Part shown: positions 14,701 through 25,800 of the stretch, one piece after another | How positions within the stretch are numbered: position 1 is the stretch's first letter | Layout: every line of letters begins with the position of its first letter | Assembly (NCBI GenBank): GCA_964247055.1 | Contig: OZ176050.1 | Coordinates: 11,408,001-11,472,000 of the forward strand | Length of the DNA: 64,000 nucleotides | Source of the DNA: Paragordius varius | Taxonomy: Eukaryota; Animalia; Nematomorpha | Reading direction: 5' to 3' | Translations under genes and position numbers: made by a program | Notes under the pieces: generated by a model | The model's input: the letters and a program-made list of their open reading frames with translations, nothing else | Database searches by the model: none | Told to the model about the DNA's origin: nothing

Positions 14701-17592
14701 TAATTAATGCAATAATAATAATAATAATAATATATCCACTATTTTGTTTGTTGGAAACTCATATTTTGCAATTCCATTTCTACGGGTAAAAAATTATTGC
14801 TCGGCAACACCTTATTATCTTAACCAATTGTCGTTAAATAGAATTGCTTTGAAGTGAAAAAAAGTTTGCATACCATTTATTCAAATCCACACTCGAACAA
14901 TTCATTCACCTTTACATAGTTTTTTTTATTATTAAAAATTACCAATATTTTTTTACATTTGTTAGAAAATAAAATTATGTTTATAATCAAAATAATATTG
15001 AAAATATAATAAACAATACCATAAAGATATATTTCTTATTTATGATGATTTATATTAGACCGAAAACACATAATTATTAGAATAAATATCGATTGTTAAT
15101 TCAATTGTTCAAAGGTGAATATGAATTATTCTCGTTCAAGTGTGAATTGAAATGAAAAAAGGTTGATGGCTAAACTGATATTAAATTCTTTAACATAAAT
15201 CAATACTTTTCTATCGTTGTTGAGGGTGTCGTCAAATTAACAATAAACCGTAGGAGCTCATTTAAGCTGGAGTAACCATAAGGCTTTTGGGTTCCAACAT
15301 GCTCTGTATTATGGTCTTGGAGAGCATTTTGCATTTTCTTTTGCATGTCTATAGCTGTAACTGGTATTAAAATATATATAACTATGACAAAATATCCATA
15401 ATGCAATAATATCTAGTAAAAAAATAAAAATTATAAATTAATACCACTTCTTAGTAACACCCGATAAAAACTACCGGATTATCCGCATAATCTTTTTAAA
15501 AACTACAATATAAAACTTTATAATAAAATTTAAATTATTTAATTAAATAGAGTAGTGATTCATAATATTCGCTATATATTCAAAAAATATTTTTTTGACT
15601 GATAATAGGATCTCAAAATGGTAAATAGTAATTTAGTGAAAAGAATTGCTTATTTATTTGAAAAAATTAAAACTTAAAAATTAAAGGAATATTAAAAAAC
15701 GGAAAAGTCTACAGCAAGAACAATTAATTTTTAAGCTGTTGTTTATTTAAAAGGTTTAGGCGGGTCAATACTGACGTGATCTGATGTTCACATATTTTCA
15801 AACATATAAAATATTATTTATTAAAAAATATAAATACTTGGAGTTAAGGCAGTTGTCTTATTAATATTATTATTATTATGGTAATGATGTATATTTTCCT
15901 CTGGCAATAATTCAATGTTCTAACATTTATGTGATAGAAAACTTTATTAGATTAATTACTTTGCATTTAATTATAATTAATATAAATTATAATATGTTTA
16001 CCGAAGTTATGCATTGGCCATCTGAATTATCATTTTGCATTTTCTAATGGACAAAACACATATTAAAATATATAATAATAATACCAATAATTAAATTTTA
16101 AATAATTAATTTATCATAAAACTAAAAAAAATATATTTAAAATATTTTAATAAACATTACATGCAAAGCATCATGAGTTAAATCATTAACAGTGTCGTAT
16201 ATGTGACTTAACATCAACATAAATATTTCCGTCAATGTATTTTCTGCATAGTGTCGCAATAGCTCTAAATAAATTATAAAAAATTTATATGTATATTAAA
16301 AATATGAATATATTTTACATCATTTTCCTGCAATTGCTATTAATTAACTTTATTATACATTTCAAAAAAATTTACGCATTTAATAATAGGAAAAACTATT
16401 CAGCACTAATGTTTTTTAGCGGAAAACGCTTACAATCCTCTAATACATTCTGGATGTCCGTTTTAAATAGAAAAGTACCGTGAAAAAATTATATTCAGTA
16501 ACAAAATCTTTTGGCTTTTACGTAAAATTAGAAAAGTAACATCTTTGAGTAAATGCGAGCATTTATTTTAAAAATTATAAGCATTCTATGTAATTTTTAA
16601 TTATATGCCAATTTTGAAACTAATATTAATTCCTAAAATATAGTATTGAAAAATCAAAACAGCCAACCAACCTCTATTCCAATTATACTGCTTCATGTCG
16701 AAATTTTAAGTAACTAACTCGGTTTTATAACCCTTAATATACTTATATACTGGTCCCAATTCTAACTTCAGTTGTGGTATTAAACGAAATAAAACATTAA
16801 TACAATTATTTAACAAATTCAGAGAATTTTAAAAATTAATATTAAATGACATTCTATGGAATAAAAATTTTGTTAGCAAAATTTTCTCAGTAAATGTCAA
16901 ACAAGCCTTAGACATAAAAAAAATCACCTGCTAAACGCATTTCAAAAGCTATCCGAAAAAAACTGTGAAGTATTCCACAAACGGCTTGATCATTTAGATA
17001 TGGTCCAAGAGGCGAGAAAAACAATGTTTTCATAACCTAGTATAAATATATTAAATTATGGTCATTCAAATATTTGATAATAATTAAAAAAAAACCTGCA
17101 ATATTTTTTGGAGAACAACCTCATCGGACGACGGATCAGTTCCAATAAAACGAGCATGAATCAAAGAATGTGCTATATGCTGAACAGTTTCCAATATATT
17201 AGGACTCCATATATCTGCATTATGATATATATGTTAAATTATACCAATCATATTATATTGTATGAATTTTTGTAGAGAAGAAAGTGCCAATCTTGTAACT
17301 GGCCCTGTTGTGTCTTCGCATAAAATGGCATCCAAAAAGGGGGTTAGAAAAACATTGTGGCTAACATACGAGTCTATACTATTAAATATATTAAACTATC
17401 AAATTTTTTCAAATGGTCCTTCAACCTTGTAAACTCTTTAAGGGTTAAATTATTTGCATCATCCTTAAAAAATAAATTTTTATAATAAACTTGATGTTGA
17501 AGCATGCTCCATTTAGTATTTTTCTTTAAAGCTGCTATTATCATGGCTATTTCACCGTTTACAATGTTAAAATATATTTCACGCGTCTCCAT
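1..17592 (-). CDS. GBF1: Golgi brefeldin A-resistance ARF guanine nucleotide exchange factor (DCB-HUS-Sec7-HDS), 3' end outside the window
   Basis: Manually spliced, phase-consistent GT-AG exons (high to low): 17491-17592, 17397-17463, 17245-17373, 17096-17214, 16928-17036, 16161-16264, 16002-16043, 15838-15919, 15207-15354, 14500-14647, 14059-14157, 13310-13498, 13090-13204, 12244-12701, 10971-11260, 10485-10608, 9934-10059, 9553-9699, 8766-9237, 7988-8330, 7306-7629, 6412-6920, 5958-6322, 4564-4660, 4252-4375, 3644-3904, 3141(or 3171)-3391, 2261-2794, 1918-1973, 1569-1824, 976-1146; tentative exons at about 600-727, about 200-437 and 1-82. Diagnostic motifs: [19 protein letters not shown] (N-terminus), [54 protein letters not shown], Sec7 catalytic [30 protein letters not shown]1 loop [44 protein letters not shown]. 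Confidence 0.95.
4392..4410. repeat. (TA)n microsatellite, just upstream of a GBF1 3' splice site
   Basis: Perfect TA run; the acceptor AG is at 4377-4376 on the minus strand. Confidence 0.9.
4817..5898 (+). mobile_element. Internally deleted hAT-like DNA transposon in a GBF1 intron
   Basis: Imperfect terminal inverted repeats CAGGGCTTGGAATCAGAACC (4817) and GGTTCGGGTTCTAAGCCCTA (ending 5898); several subterminal GAACC/AACCG motifs; internal ORF 5100-5282 carries [13 protein letters not shown], resembling the hAT transposase A-x-x-LDPRFK motif. The 8-bp target duplication is degenerate (atttaaac vs aataacac). Confidence 0.7.
6974..6998. repeat. (TA)n microsatellite
   Basis: Perfect TA run in GBF1 intron 6921-7305. 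Confidence 0.9.
8518..8702. repeat. Tandem duplication, about 102-bp period, two copies
   Basis: taaatcgataa...gggataa(t)tgcgtcgtgctgaaga...atgttttca.tgaaagttt occurs at 8518 and again at 8620. Confidence 0.85.
8723..8764. repeat. (TA)21 microsatellite starting at a GBF1 5' splice site
   Basis: The minus strand reads CCATTAC|GTATATATA..., with the donor GT at 8765-8764. Confidence 0.9.
11613..12233. mobile_element. MITE/foldback-like element with tandem 21-bp subterminal repeats
   Basis: The left end has about 2.5 copies of gtccttgaaca(a/t)ttcaagttg (11631-11685); the right end has about 5 copies in the opposite orientation (12110-12222). Outer ends TACCATTTGCA and TGTAAATAGTA are imperfectly complementary and flanked by TA. 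Confidence 0.7.
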
Positions 17593-18380
17593 ATAGTAGT
17601 AGTCAAAATCTCATATGGTACCTATCTGTATATGAGTGTCATATGAGGCTAAATAGTTAAGCTATTTAAATTGATGATATAATTTCCTGGAATTTTAGAG
17701 TCAAAGGCCCATCCCTTTTCCTCTGTAAACAAAGGTTTTAAAAATATTGGTACCAAATTTTCCTGAAAACATGTATGTTCATTACAATTTAATTGATACT
17801 TTTGAGTAGTATTTTGAATAGCACAGTGATGGGTGGTTTTTAAATAATCTTAGGAAATTAGGTTTTTAAATTTATTTAGAAGCAATTTTTCTATGAACAA
17901 ATAAGAGATGAGATTGTTAGTAACCTCGTTATTTATTATGATAAAACTACTCCACGCCTCTCAACAGTACTTTAATTTGGAGTAGTTGATGGCGACAGGC
18001 CTGTCGATAATCACATATCATAGGTTAATATCATTGCAAAATTTTGCATATATATTTGACCAAAACATATATAAATAATGGACTAAAATGACTTGATATT
18101 GCTTTTTATGGACAATCTGAAGTTAAATATAATTAGGCAGCACAACTTGCATTAGGAATACGAAAAAAGGCGTTTAAAATTCATTTATTTATGTTAAATA
18201 TCATAATAAAATAAATTAACTATGATTTCAACGATAAAATCAAAAAATTTTTGTTAAAAAATAGTAGAATAATTTGGCATAAAAATATTTTGCTTTTTTA
18301 TAACAAAATTTAAGCCTTTGTGTATTTGATAAGATACAACCATAAATCTAGTTTTTTAATGGTGTGCATTTAAAGTTTAC

Positions 18381-18457
18381 CTGACCTTGCTAGTAATACC
18401 AATTAAAATCGAATTGTTTAGCTGCATGGCAGGAATTCACTCTCTGTATAATACGCC
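18381..18457 (-). other. Putative non-coding 5' exon of GBF1
   Basis: Flanked by ttttag| and CAG|gtaaac on the minus strand; an acceptor (tacagatag|) lies at 17622, 29 nt before the GBF1 ATG. No transcript evidence. Confidence 0.4.
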
Positions 18458-18733
18458 CTAAAATATAAAATAGGTTTTCTTTATAATTAGAGCTTTGTTA
18501 TCACTTTTTAACGGGCTGATACTAGTCCCAATTTATTTACAAATATGGTAGTTGATAAGTTGAACACAGGGCACATAAAAAATATCATAATCAAAAATAT
18601 TTATAGATAAATAAAGATCATGGTGCTGGTGTTTGCATTACCGTATGTAAGCATATATTTTTTACATTTACACTTATGTAGATATAGCTCCTTAAAAAAA
18701 TCCAAATTGCTTTCATAAAATAGGATTTAAAAA

Positions 18734-18838
18734 TAGTGGAATATCAACCAACAATACGTACAAATCCCAAAAATATTAATTTGTCTTAAAACAGACTTGT
18801 TACTGGGATTTGTAAGACTTGTGGTTGATATTCCACTA
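18734..18838. repeat. About 105-nt inverted repeat (MITE or hairpin RNA candidate)
   Basis: TAGTGGAATATCAACCA (18734-18750) pairs perfectly with 18822-18838, and TACAAATCCCA (18759-18769) with TGGGATTTGTA (18804-18814). Confidence 0.7.
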
Positions 18839-19739
18839 CTTTTAAATATTTTGCATAAATTAAATGCGTAACAATTCCCAATCATGTAAGATAAACAGTA
18901 TAAATTTATTATACACTCATAAATTAGATGACAATAAAAATGCAAAAATAAAAAAGAATATTTTTGATTTTATTTTCATTTATAATTTTTTTTCTAATTA
19001 AAATATGTAGGTTAAAATTTTAATAGTCATAGGTAGTAAATAATTAAAATTTTTTTTATATAGTTTCATTAAAATATTTTGTCTTTTAAGTGTGTTAAAA
19101 GAACGCCATGTTTTAAGCTGAAATTTTAAAACCCTAACTATATGATTTTAGACTATTTATACATTAAACATATATTCTAAATTGATAATAAACCATAATA
19201 ACTCAAATTTTATCATTATTTTTGAATCATCCTTATATATCACTTTTTACCCGATTTTAATTTTCTCTCAATATTTCAAAAACTAAGTTGTCAACAAATA
19301 ATATTTTTTTACGTCAAATGACGCTGGTCATAAGGTATCTCATAAAAAAATTTTGGACACAGTGTATTTTTTAGAAGGCATTTAGTGATTGACAAATAAT
19401 TATTTTAAAAATATGAGCCGTTCTGCGATTTTTCTATATGGAGCAATGGCGAGAAAAGTGTAAATTTGAATAATTTGCTTTCACTAGTAAGAAAACCGAA
19501 AGTACAGTAGAATCCTGACACATTTATTTACCAGAGTATTTATATCTATTCCTCGATTTTGTGCACAGTGTGGTAAAAATAATTGAATAAGGGACGTCTT
19601 TTTAATATCAATTTTATTGAATGACAATGGTAAATGCAACAAACCCTAGAATGGCAATATTTTTTTAACTTTCGATTTTAGTAACTTTTTCTCTACATTA
19701 ATTTATTGCCCTTTTATTAGGCCTATACATAATTATCAT

Positions 19740-19779
19740 ATAATGCTAAGTCAAATCGACGCATGATAGGGTCAACTAG
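19740..19779 (+). mobile_element. Probable solo Helitron 3' end
   Basis: AAGTCAAATCGACGCATGATAGGGTCAACTAG|T resembles the 3' end at 22145-22174 (ACGTCACAGGGAAGCGTTACAGGGCCAGCTAG|T); the 5' end was not found. Confidence 0.35.
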
Positions 19780-20232
19780 TATTTTATGGAATATAATAGG
19801 TTAGATCTACGGGAAACCTCGTATCAGATTTGCAATTATTATATCAAATGCGAATCGCTAAAATACTCATACTATAGTAATAATATAATTTTTTTGCACC
19901 ATCTAAATAGAGTTTTTGCCAAAACATTTTAAAAATATGTATGTATAACATGGTATTATTAATTTATATAGTCAAACTATATAAAAAAATTTTCCCGATT
20001 CACATGGGTTTATTCATATTTAAATAATTGATATATGTATTTCAGTTAAAATTTTACCATCAGACCCTAACCAATTACATCATGATGCGGGTCTTCCCGC
20101 ACTTTTTTTAAACTACAGGAATAGATACAAACTAAAATTCTTTTACTTAAAAAAGTTGTTAATTCTTTTTTTTCTTTAAAATATGATGATTGGGGAGCTT
20201 GTAAATATTAAAGATTTTATGAAATATGATAA

Positions 20233-22174
20233 TCTATATATTTATAACAAGAAATGCTGGCTTTGTGATCTGTTTCCAGAAAACCGGTAAACCCATTCAA
20301 ATCCAAAAGTCGAAAAATATAATCAATGCCCCGATAATAGCTTCGCAGTTTTTTTGAATTGAGCCCCTGTTTCGGGTACTTTTTTTAATTGCACCACACA
20401 TGGTCGGCTCGCCTTTTTAATTTAAGCCCTCTTTTTACCCGCTCCCCCCGTAAAATGCCATTTTTTTCAAAAAAACTAAATCAACAAAAAGAATTTGTGA
20501 ATCTATTTTTCGCCCAAGGTATGAGGACCGTAAAAATTTAATGAGGATTCCAGGTATACCCTGTAGAAATGCAAAAATATTAATCGTGCGTTTCTATTAT
20601 ATTGGTTGCTGGGTAATAATACCCGTTAAAAACTGCCCCATCATAGCGAATTAGCGTGCTTTTGGGGTTAAACTTCAGAAAACCTATCAGGCCATATGAG
20701 TTCAATAGGTGCTTAAAATATTACCTTATAGTCGCGTGGTTTTTTAAAATTAGCCGTTAATTAGGCCCTTCTAACCCTGAAAATGCGCAACCATAGAATG
20801 ATTTTTTAGTTTTGAGGCAATTTTCCCAAAAACCAATGATAGCCTATAGAATCAATCATGATTCTAGGCATTCTCCGTAAAAATTTTAATTAGCCATATT
20901 TTTTAGGCTCTGGGTAGGAAGCTACCCGCCAACAACTGAGCCACCATATCGATACCACGTGACTTTGGAGGCAAATTATCGAAAACATATCAGGCCATAT
21001 TAGTTAAATAAGAGCTTGAAATAATACCCGTAAAAATGCATTAATTTGAGTAGGGCGGTTTTATTAAATTACCCCTTAATTTGGCCCTTGCCCTGAAAAA
21101 TGCGCCACCAGAGAATAATCTTTTGGTTTTATGGCGATTCAAAATCCTACGAGAGCATATGGAATCAATCATAATTTCAGGTATTACCTGAATTAAAGCA
21201 AAAATTTTAATCGAGTGTTTTTTTGTTTCGCCCCTAATTAGGGGGGACCCGTGAAAACTGCGTCACCATATCGATACAGCATGTCTTTGGAGCCAAATTT
21301 CAGAAACCTATGAGACTGATAGGAACATATGGAATCCATGATAATTTCAGATATTCCCCATATAAAGGCGATTTTGCCCAACGCTTTTTATACCTGTCCC
21401 GGTTTAAGGAACCACCCGCCAAAACCTGCGCCGCTATATAGAAATTGCGTAGTTTTAAAGCTATACAGAAAACTTATAAAGCCATACGAGCTCATTAACC
21501 TGAAATATTACCCGTAACTAGGTAAAATTAAGGACAGGCCTTTTTTTTATTAGCCGCTAATTTGGGTCCTTACGCCCTGAAAATACGCCATCAAACAAGG
21601 TATTTTTTCGAATAACCCATGAGACGCTGGATCAAAGATGATTCCAAATATTTGCCCTATAATGACAAATAATTTAGCTCAACGCTTTTTCCATATTGGT
21701 CTATGGGTAGGGGTCTACCGGTTTAAGCTGACGCCATACAAAAATGGCGATAGAGCTGATTTTCAAAAAACCCAAGAAGCCATACGAGACACTTTTCTGG
21801 GGAATTGGTATAATATCATTCTTTCCTTTAAAAAGAAACCACAAATGATTTATTTTTTATATCCCTTAATCCCAGATATGTGAACACAATTTCAAAATAC
21901 ATCTTTTAACCATGATTTTGAAAAATGAAAATCTTAAAATATATCCGATAATAGTTGAATATTACCATTAATAAGGGACAGTTTAAATATTGTCAATTTC
22001 GAGTCAATATTTGAGCCTATGCAAAAACCCGTAAAAGCATAATTATTAAAAACGTTTTTTTTATTAAATATGTTTTTTATTTTTTTTTATCTCCATTACC
22101 TCTATTCAATGCAAATTATTAAGGATAATTATTGGTGAGACTACGTCACAGGGAAGCGTTACAGGGCCAGCTAG
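20233..22174 (+). mobile_element. Non-autonomous Helitron with diverged internal tandem repeats
   Basis: Begins A|TCTATATATTTATAACAAGAAATGCTGGCTTTGTGATC and ends CCAGCTAG|T. Its first ~400 bp are the reverse complement of the 50.9-52.4 kb repeat. The interior has recurring ~150/300-bp subunits (aaacctatcaggccatat at about 20680 and 20985, related copies at about 21470 and 21770; ccctgaaaatgcgc at about 20775, 21090 and 21575). The 3' hairpin is degenerate. Confidence 0.7.
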
Positions 22175-22885
22175 TTTTTATATACATTGGCTAACCTTTG
22201 ATTGCAGCTTTATAAGACTTAATAATGATGCTAGATAATTTTATTCAAATCCATGTTTTCACACGTATATACAGGGCAAAATTTCAATATATAAAACTAT
22301 AAGAACAATACTTTATATGCCGAGTTTTTAATCAATTTTATATGGGTATATAAAAAGTGATTTTAAATAATTACACTTTAATTTTTTTAAGTTCATATTC
22401 ATCTAAATTTGGGTTATTTTTAGGAATTTTCACTATAGTAGATTAACCCATTTTTGACGCAAAAAGTATTTAAAGATTCAAGTAGCGATATAATAAGTTT
22501 CGCGTTATTCAGATCTGTTGTGGTATTTGCGATTATTTATGTGGAATATTATGTGAAATAAAAACGATTTCTTTCCTATTCAACCCTATACCAATCATGT
22601 AGCTAAATAAATGTCCTTAATTCTTTAGCAAATTAACCCTATCAACACAGCAAGGTAATAATGAAATTGTTGGCCAATTTTAACATATTTTCATTGCAAA
22701 GACGAATTCCCAATGAAATCTACCCTGTAATAAAAAAGTTTTTTTTAACATTTTATGTATTCGCACACAATGATTTTAGATACATATATAAAAGATATGA
22801 TAAAAATAGGATTATAAAACTTCGCTACAATAATTTATTATATATTTTTAAATAAATGTAATCTTTATCTAATATGGTATAAAAT

Positions 22886-25800
22886 TTATTTTCGCTTTAA
22901 AGTTGTAGGACTGTCTCTTTCCTCGTGACTGGCAAAATTGATGGTGAGATCGGTATGATCGTTTGGTGATGAAAGGGGTCGTTGGTTTTGGTTGTTAAAT
23001 TCACTGTTATTTTCTAAATTTATTATGTGAGAAGACATAGTTAATGTTTTGAAATGTTATATAAGCGATAAAAAAGTATACCTGGAGAATAACTTAAGCG
23101 TTTAGTCTTTTTTATTTCGTCGCCCATTAATTCCATATATTTTGGTTCTAACCTAAAATATGTAAAATATTAGTAATAAATATAATAAAAATTGTAATGT
23201 GCATTGTAAGCTTTACTTGTTGGATAAATATGTATTCATTTCGAGATTAGTAGAAGAAAAAGTAGATATTTCGGTAAATTGAGCAGATTTACTAAACGAC
23301 AACTCACTACTGCCTTTTCCTGAATCTAGGCTCTGAAAAATCCGACTTCCACTTGATTGTGAATCATGAGAGGAATAATCTGCACAAAAAATATTAATTA
23401 TATTATTGTATATAAAATTTTCAGAATTAAAACCAGAACTGTCTTTGGTTCTGCGGCTCCATTGTATTTCTAATTAAATAATTTTAATTTAAGTCCCATT
23501 ATATAATAAATTTAATATAAAGAGCTTTAAAAATTATTGTTAGCCACTAATATTTAAATTTTTAATATATATTCTTTTAATTTAAATTAAATAACAAACA
23601 ATAATAGTAAATATAGTTAAACCAGTATTAATAAATAAAAAAAATGTTTATTTCTAAAGGCGTTTTGATAACTTTATTTGATAAAGTATAATCATGTGGC
23701 CGTTTTTAATGCCAGATATTTAAAGATATAGAATTTTTAATTGAAATAGGCGTCATGTATAAGGTTAAGTAACAATAAACACAAATTGAATAAATTCTTT
23801 ATGTCAATTAAAATTAAACTTTAATTCTTAACTTAATATTTCGTTTGTACTACTACGCACGCACTTACATTGGCTTGTCCGTGATAATTGAGATTCATTA
23901 TCATCGTCCAAACTTCGTTGTGATACGTGTTGAGTTTGTAATGTGGTTTTGCTCATGGTATAATGTGAAGTAGAACCAATATTTACGATATTAAGATGGC
24001 CAACAGTCGTCGTATGGGACATTGAATTTGTGCTCATTACAATTACTATTGGTGGACATGTAACATTGACCAAATTATTACCCATATTGAGATTAGTCAA
24101 GTCATAATTACTTTTTGTATCACATTGTAGTGAAGTAGGAAGAACGTTTTTGGAAAATGAACATGTTTTTGCATGAAAATTATGTGTAAGTGGCTGCTTT
24201 TGAACATTTAAGTGTTGAGGATTTGATGTGGAGCTGTTGAGGTAAGGGTGTGGTGGCTTATTCAGTAAATTTCGACCCTGATGACCTAACCGGTAAAAAT
24301 AAGGATATTTGGGTATGATAAAAATCCTACTACTACGTCTACGCGGTGTTGAGTGAATCACCTTTGGTGAAGTAACAGAAATGGCCAGTTTTGGATGTTG
24401 CGGAATCATATACTTGGCAAGGAGTTTTTTAACAAGAGCAAAAGTAATAGTCTCAACTTATACATAATGTATTTGAAATGATTGTAAGCTTCAATTTTAA
24501 AATCCAAGCATTACCAACATAGCAAATGACTGGTTCAATAAGTATTTATTTGTAAAACCAACATATATTTTTTAACCAATGCCTAAACATTTAATAAGCA
24601 AACATTCTTCCCCAATTAACGAAAAAACACATCGAAAACTTTCCTATACGAATAAATTTGATAAATTATACAACATCATATTTTCAGATTTACTTAATTG
24701 AATAGGTATGTTCCGAGAGTTATTGGTCATCTGTGGAGGTGGAAGTATAGTGGCTGCTTTGTATTTGGTACGTTCAGATAAAAACATTAATCGTTCCATT
24801 GATTGAGGACATTCAGTACCTTAAATATTATGTCAAAATTAATAGCACTGTTAAAATTAAAATTTATTCTCGAAAAATATAATGACATCTACTACCATTT
24901 AAAATTGACACTTAAATTTTGCAAATTTGTCCTTAATCCTTTAAATATAGGCTAAAAGATTTAATATTGACCGTCCACATTACAAATATATAATTATAAT
25001 AATAACAACATTAATCCTACTTCCAATATGATGTTTGTATGATGATTTTGAAGGTGAAATGTTTGTTGAATTAAGCTGTTTCTTTAGAACTTTAGAAAAA
25101 ACTGGTGGATACAATTGCTGTATATGTTCGGCCAAATTATTGGAATTTATTGTAGAGCTCCCACTCACAGCTGTGATTGGCCATTTAGTTTTAGCAAATT
25201 GGGTTAAAAATTGTCCGGGTTTATTAATATTATTACTTTTGAGGTAAGGGTTATCTATTGAGTGAATAGTAATGAATATACTATTAAATAGGACTTTGTA
25301 AAAGTAAATCGATTCAATGATATTTTAAACATTTACTACCGGTATAATGTTGAATGGAGTTATTTCTTTTCAACGTAGATGGGATAAGAGAATGTTTTGT
25401 TTCTATAACATACAATAAAATATCAGTACATAATTTGAAATCTTATATAGATTTTATAAAAGAAAAATTGTTATTTTCATAAAATAAATATATCCGTCTT
25501 TCACTAAAAATACCAATTAAATATTATTAATATATAATCTTCCTTATTTGGTTAAAAGCTAAAGACCATAACATGTTTATTCGAAACTTGAATAAAGTAT
25601 TAAATAAATAATAAAATTGTCTAAAGTTACAAACCTGAAGTACTGGGATTAGATTGATACATGGCAGCTTTAATTTGTTTTTCACGTTGTGCAGCTAACC
25701 TTTGTTTTCTAAGGGCATCGTTATGAGAAGGATTTAAGTTAGTTGATTTACCTAAAATTTAATTAATAATAAGTTTATTTTAATTTTTTATAATAAACCA

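Noticed and set aside
19320-19366. Tc1/mariner-like TIR (TACACTGTGTCCAAAA on the minus strand)
   Set aside because: No matching partner end or transposase was found, so it was not listed as a feature.
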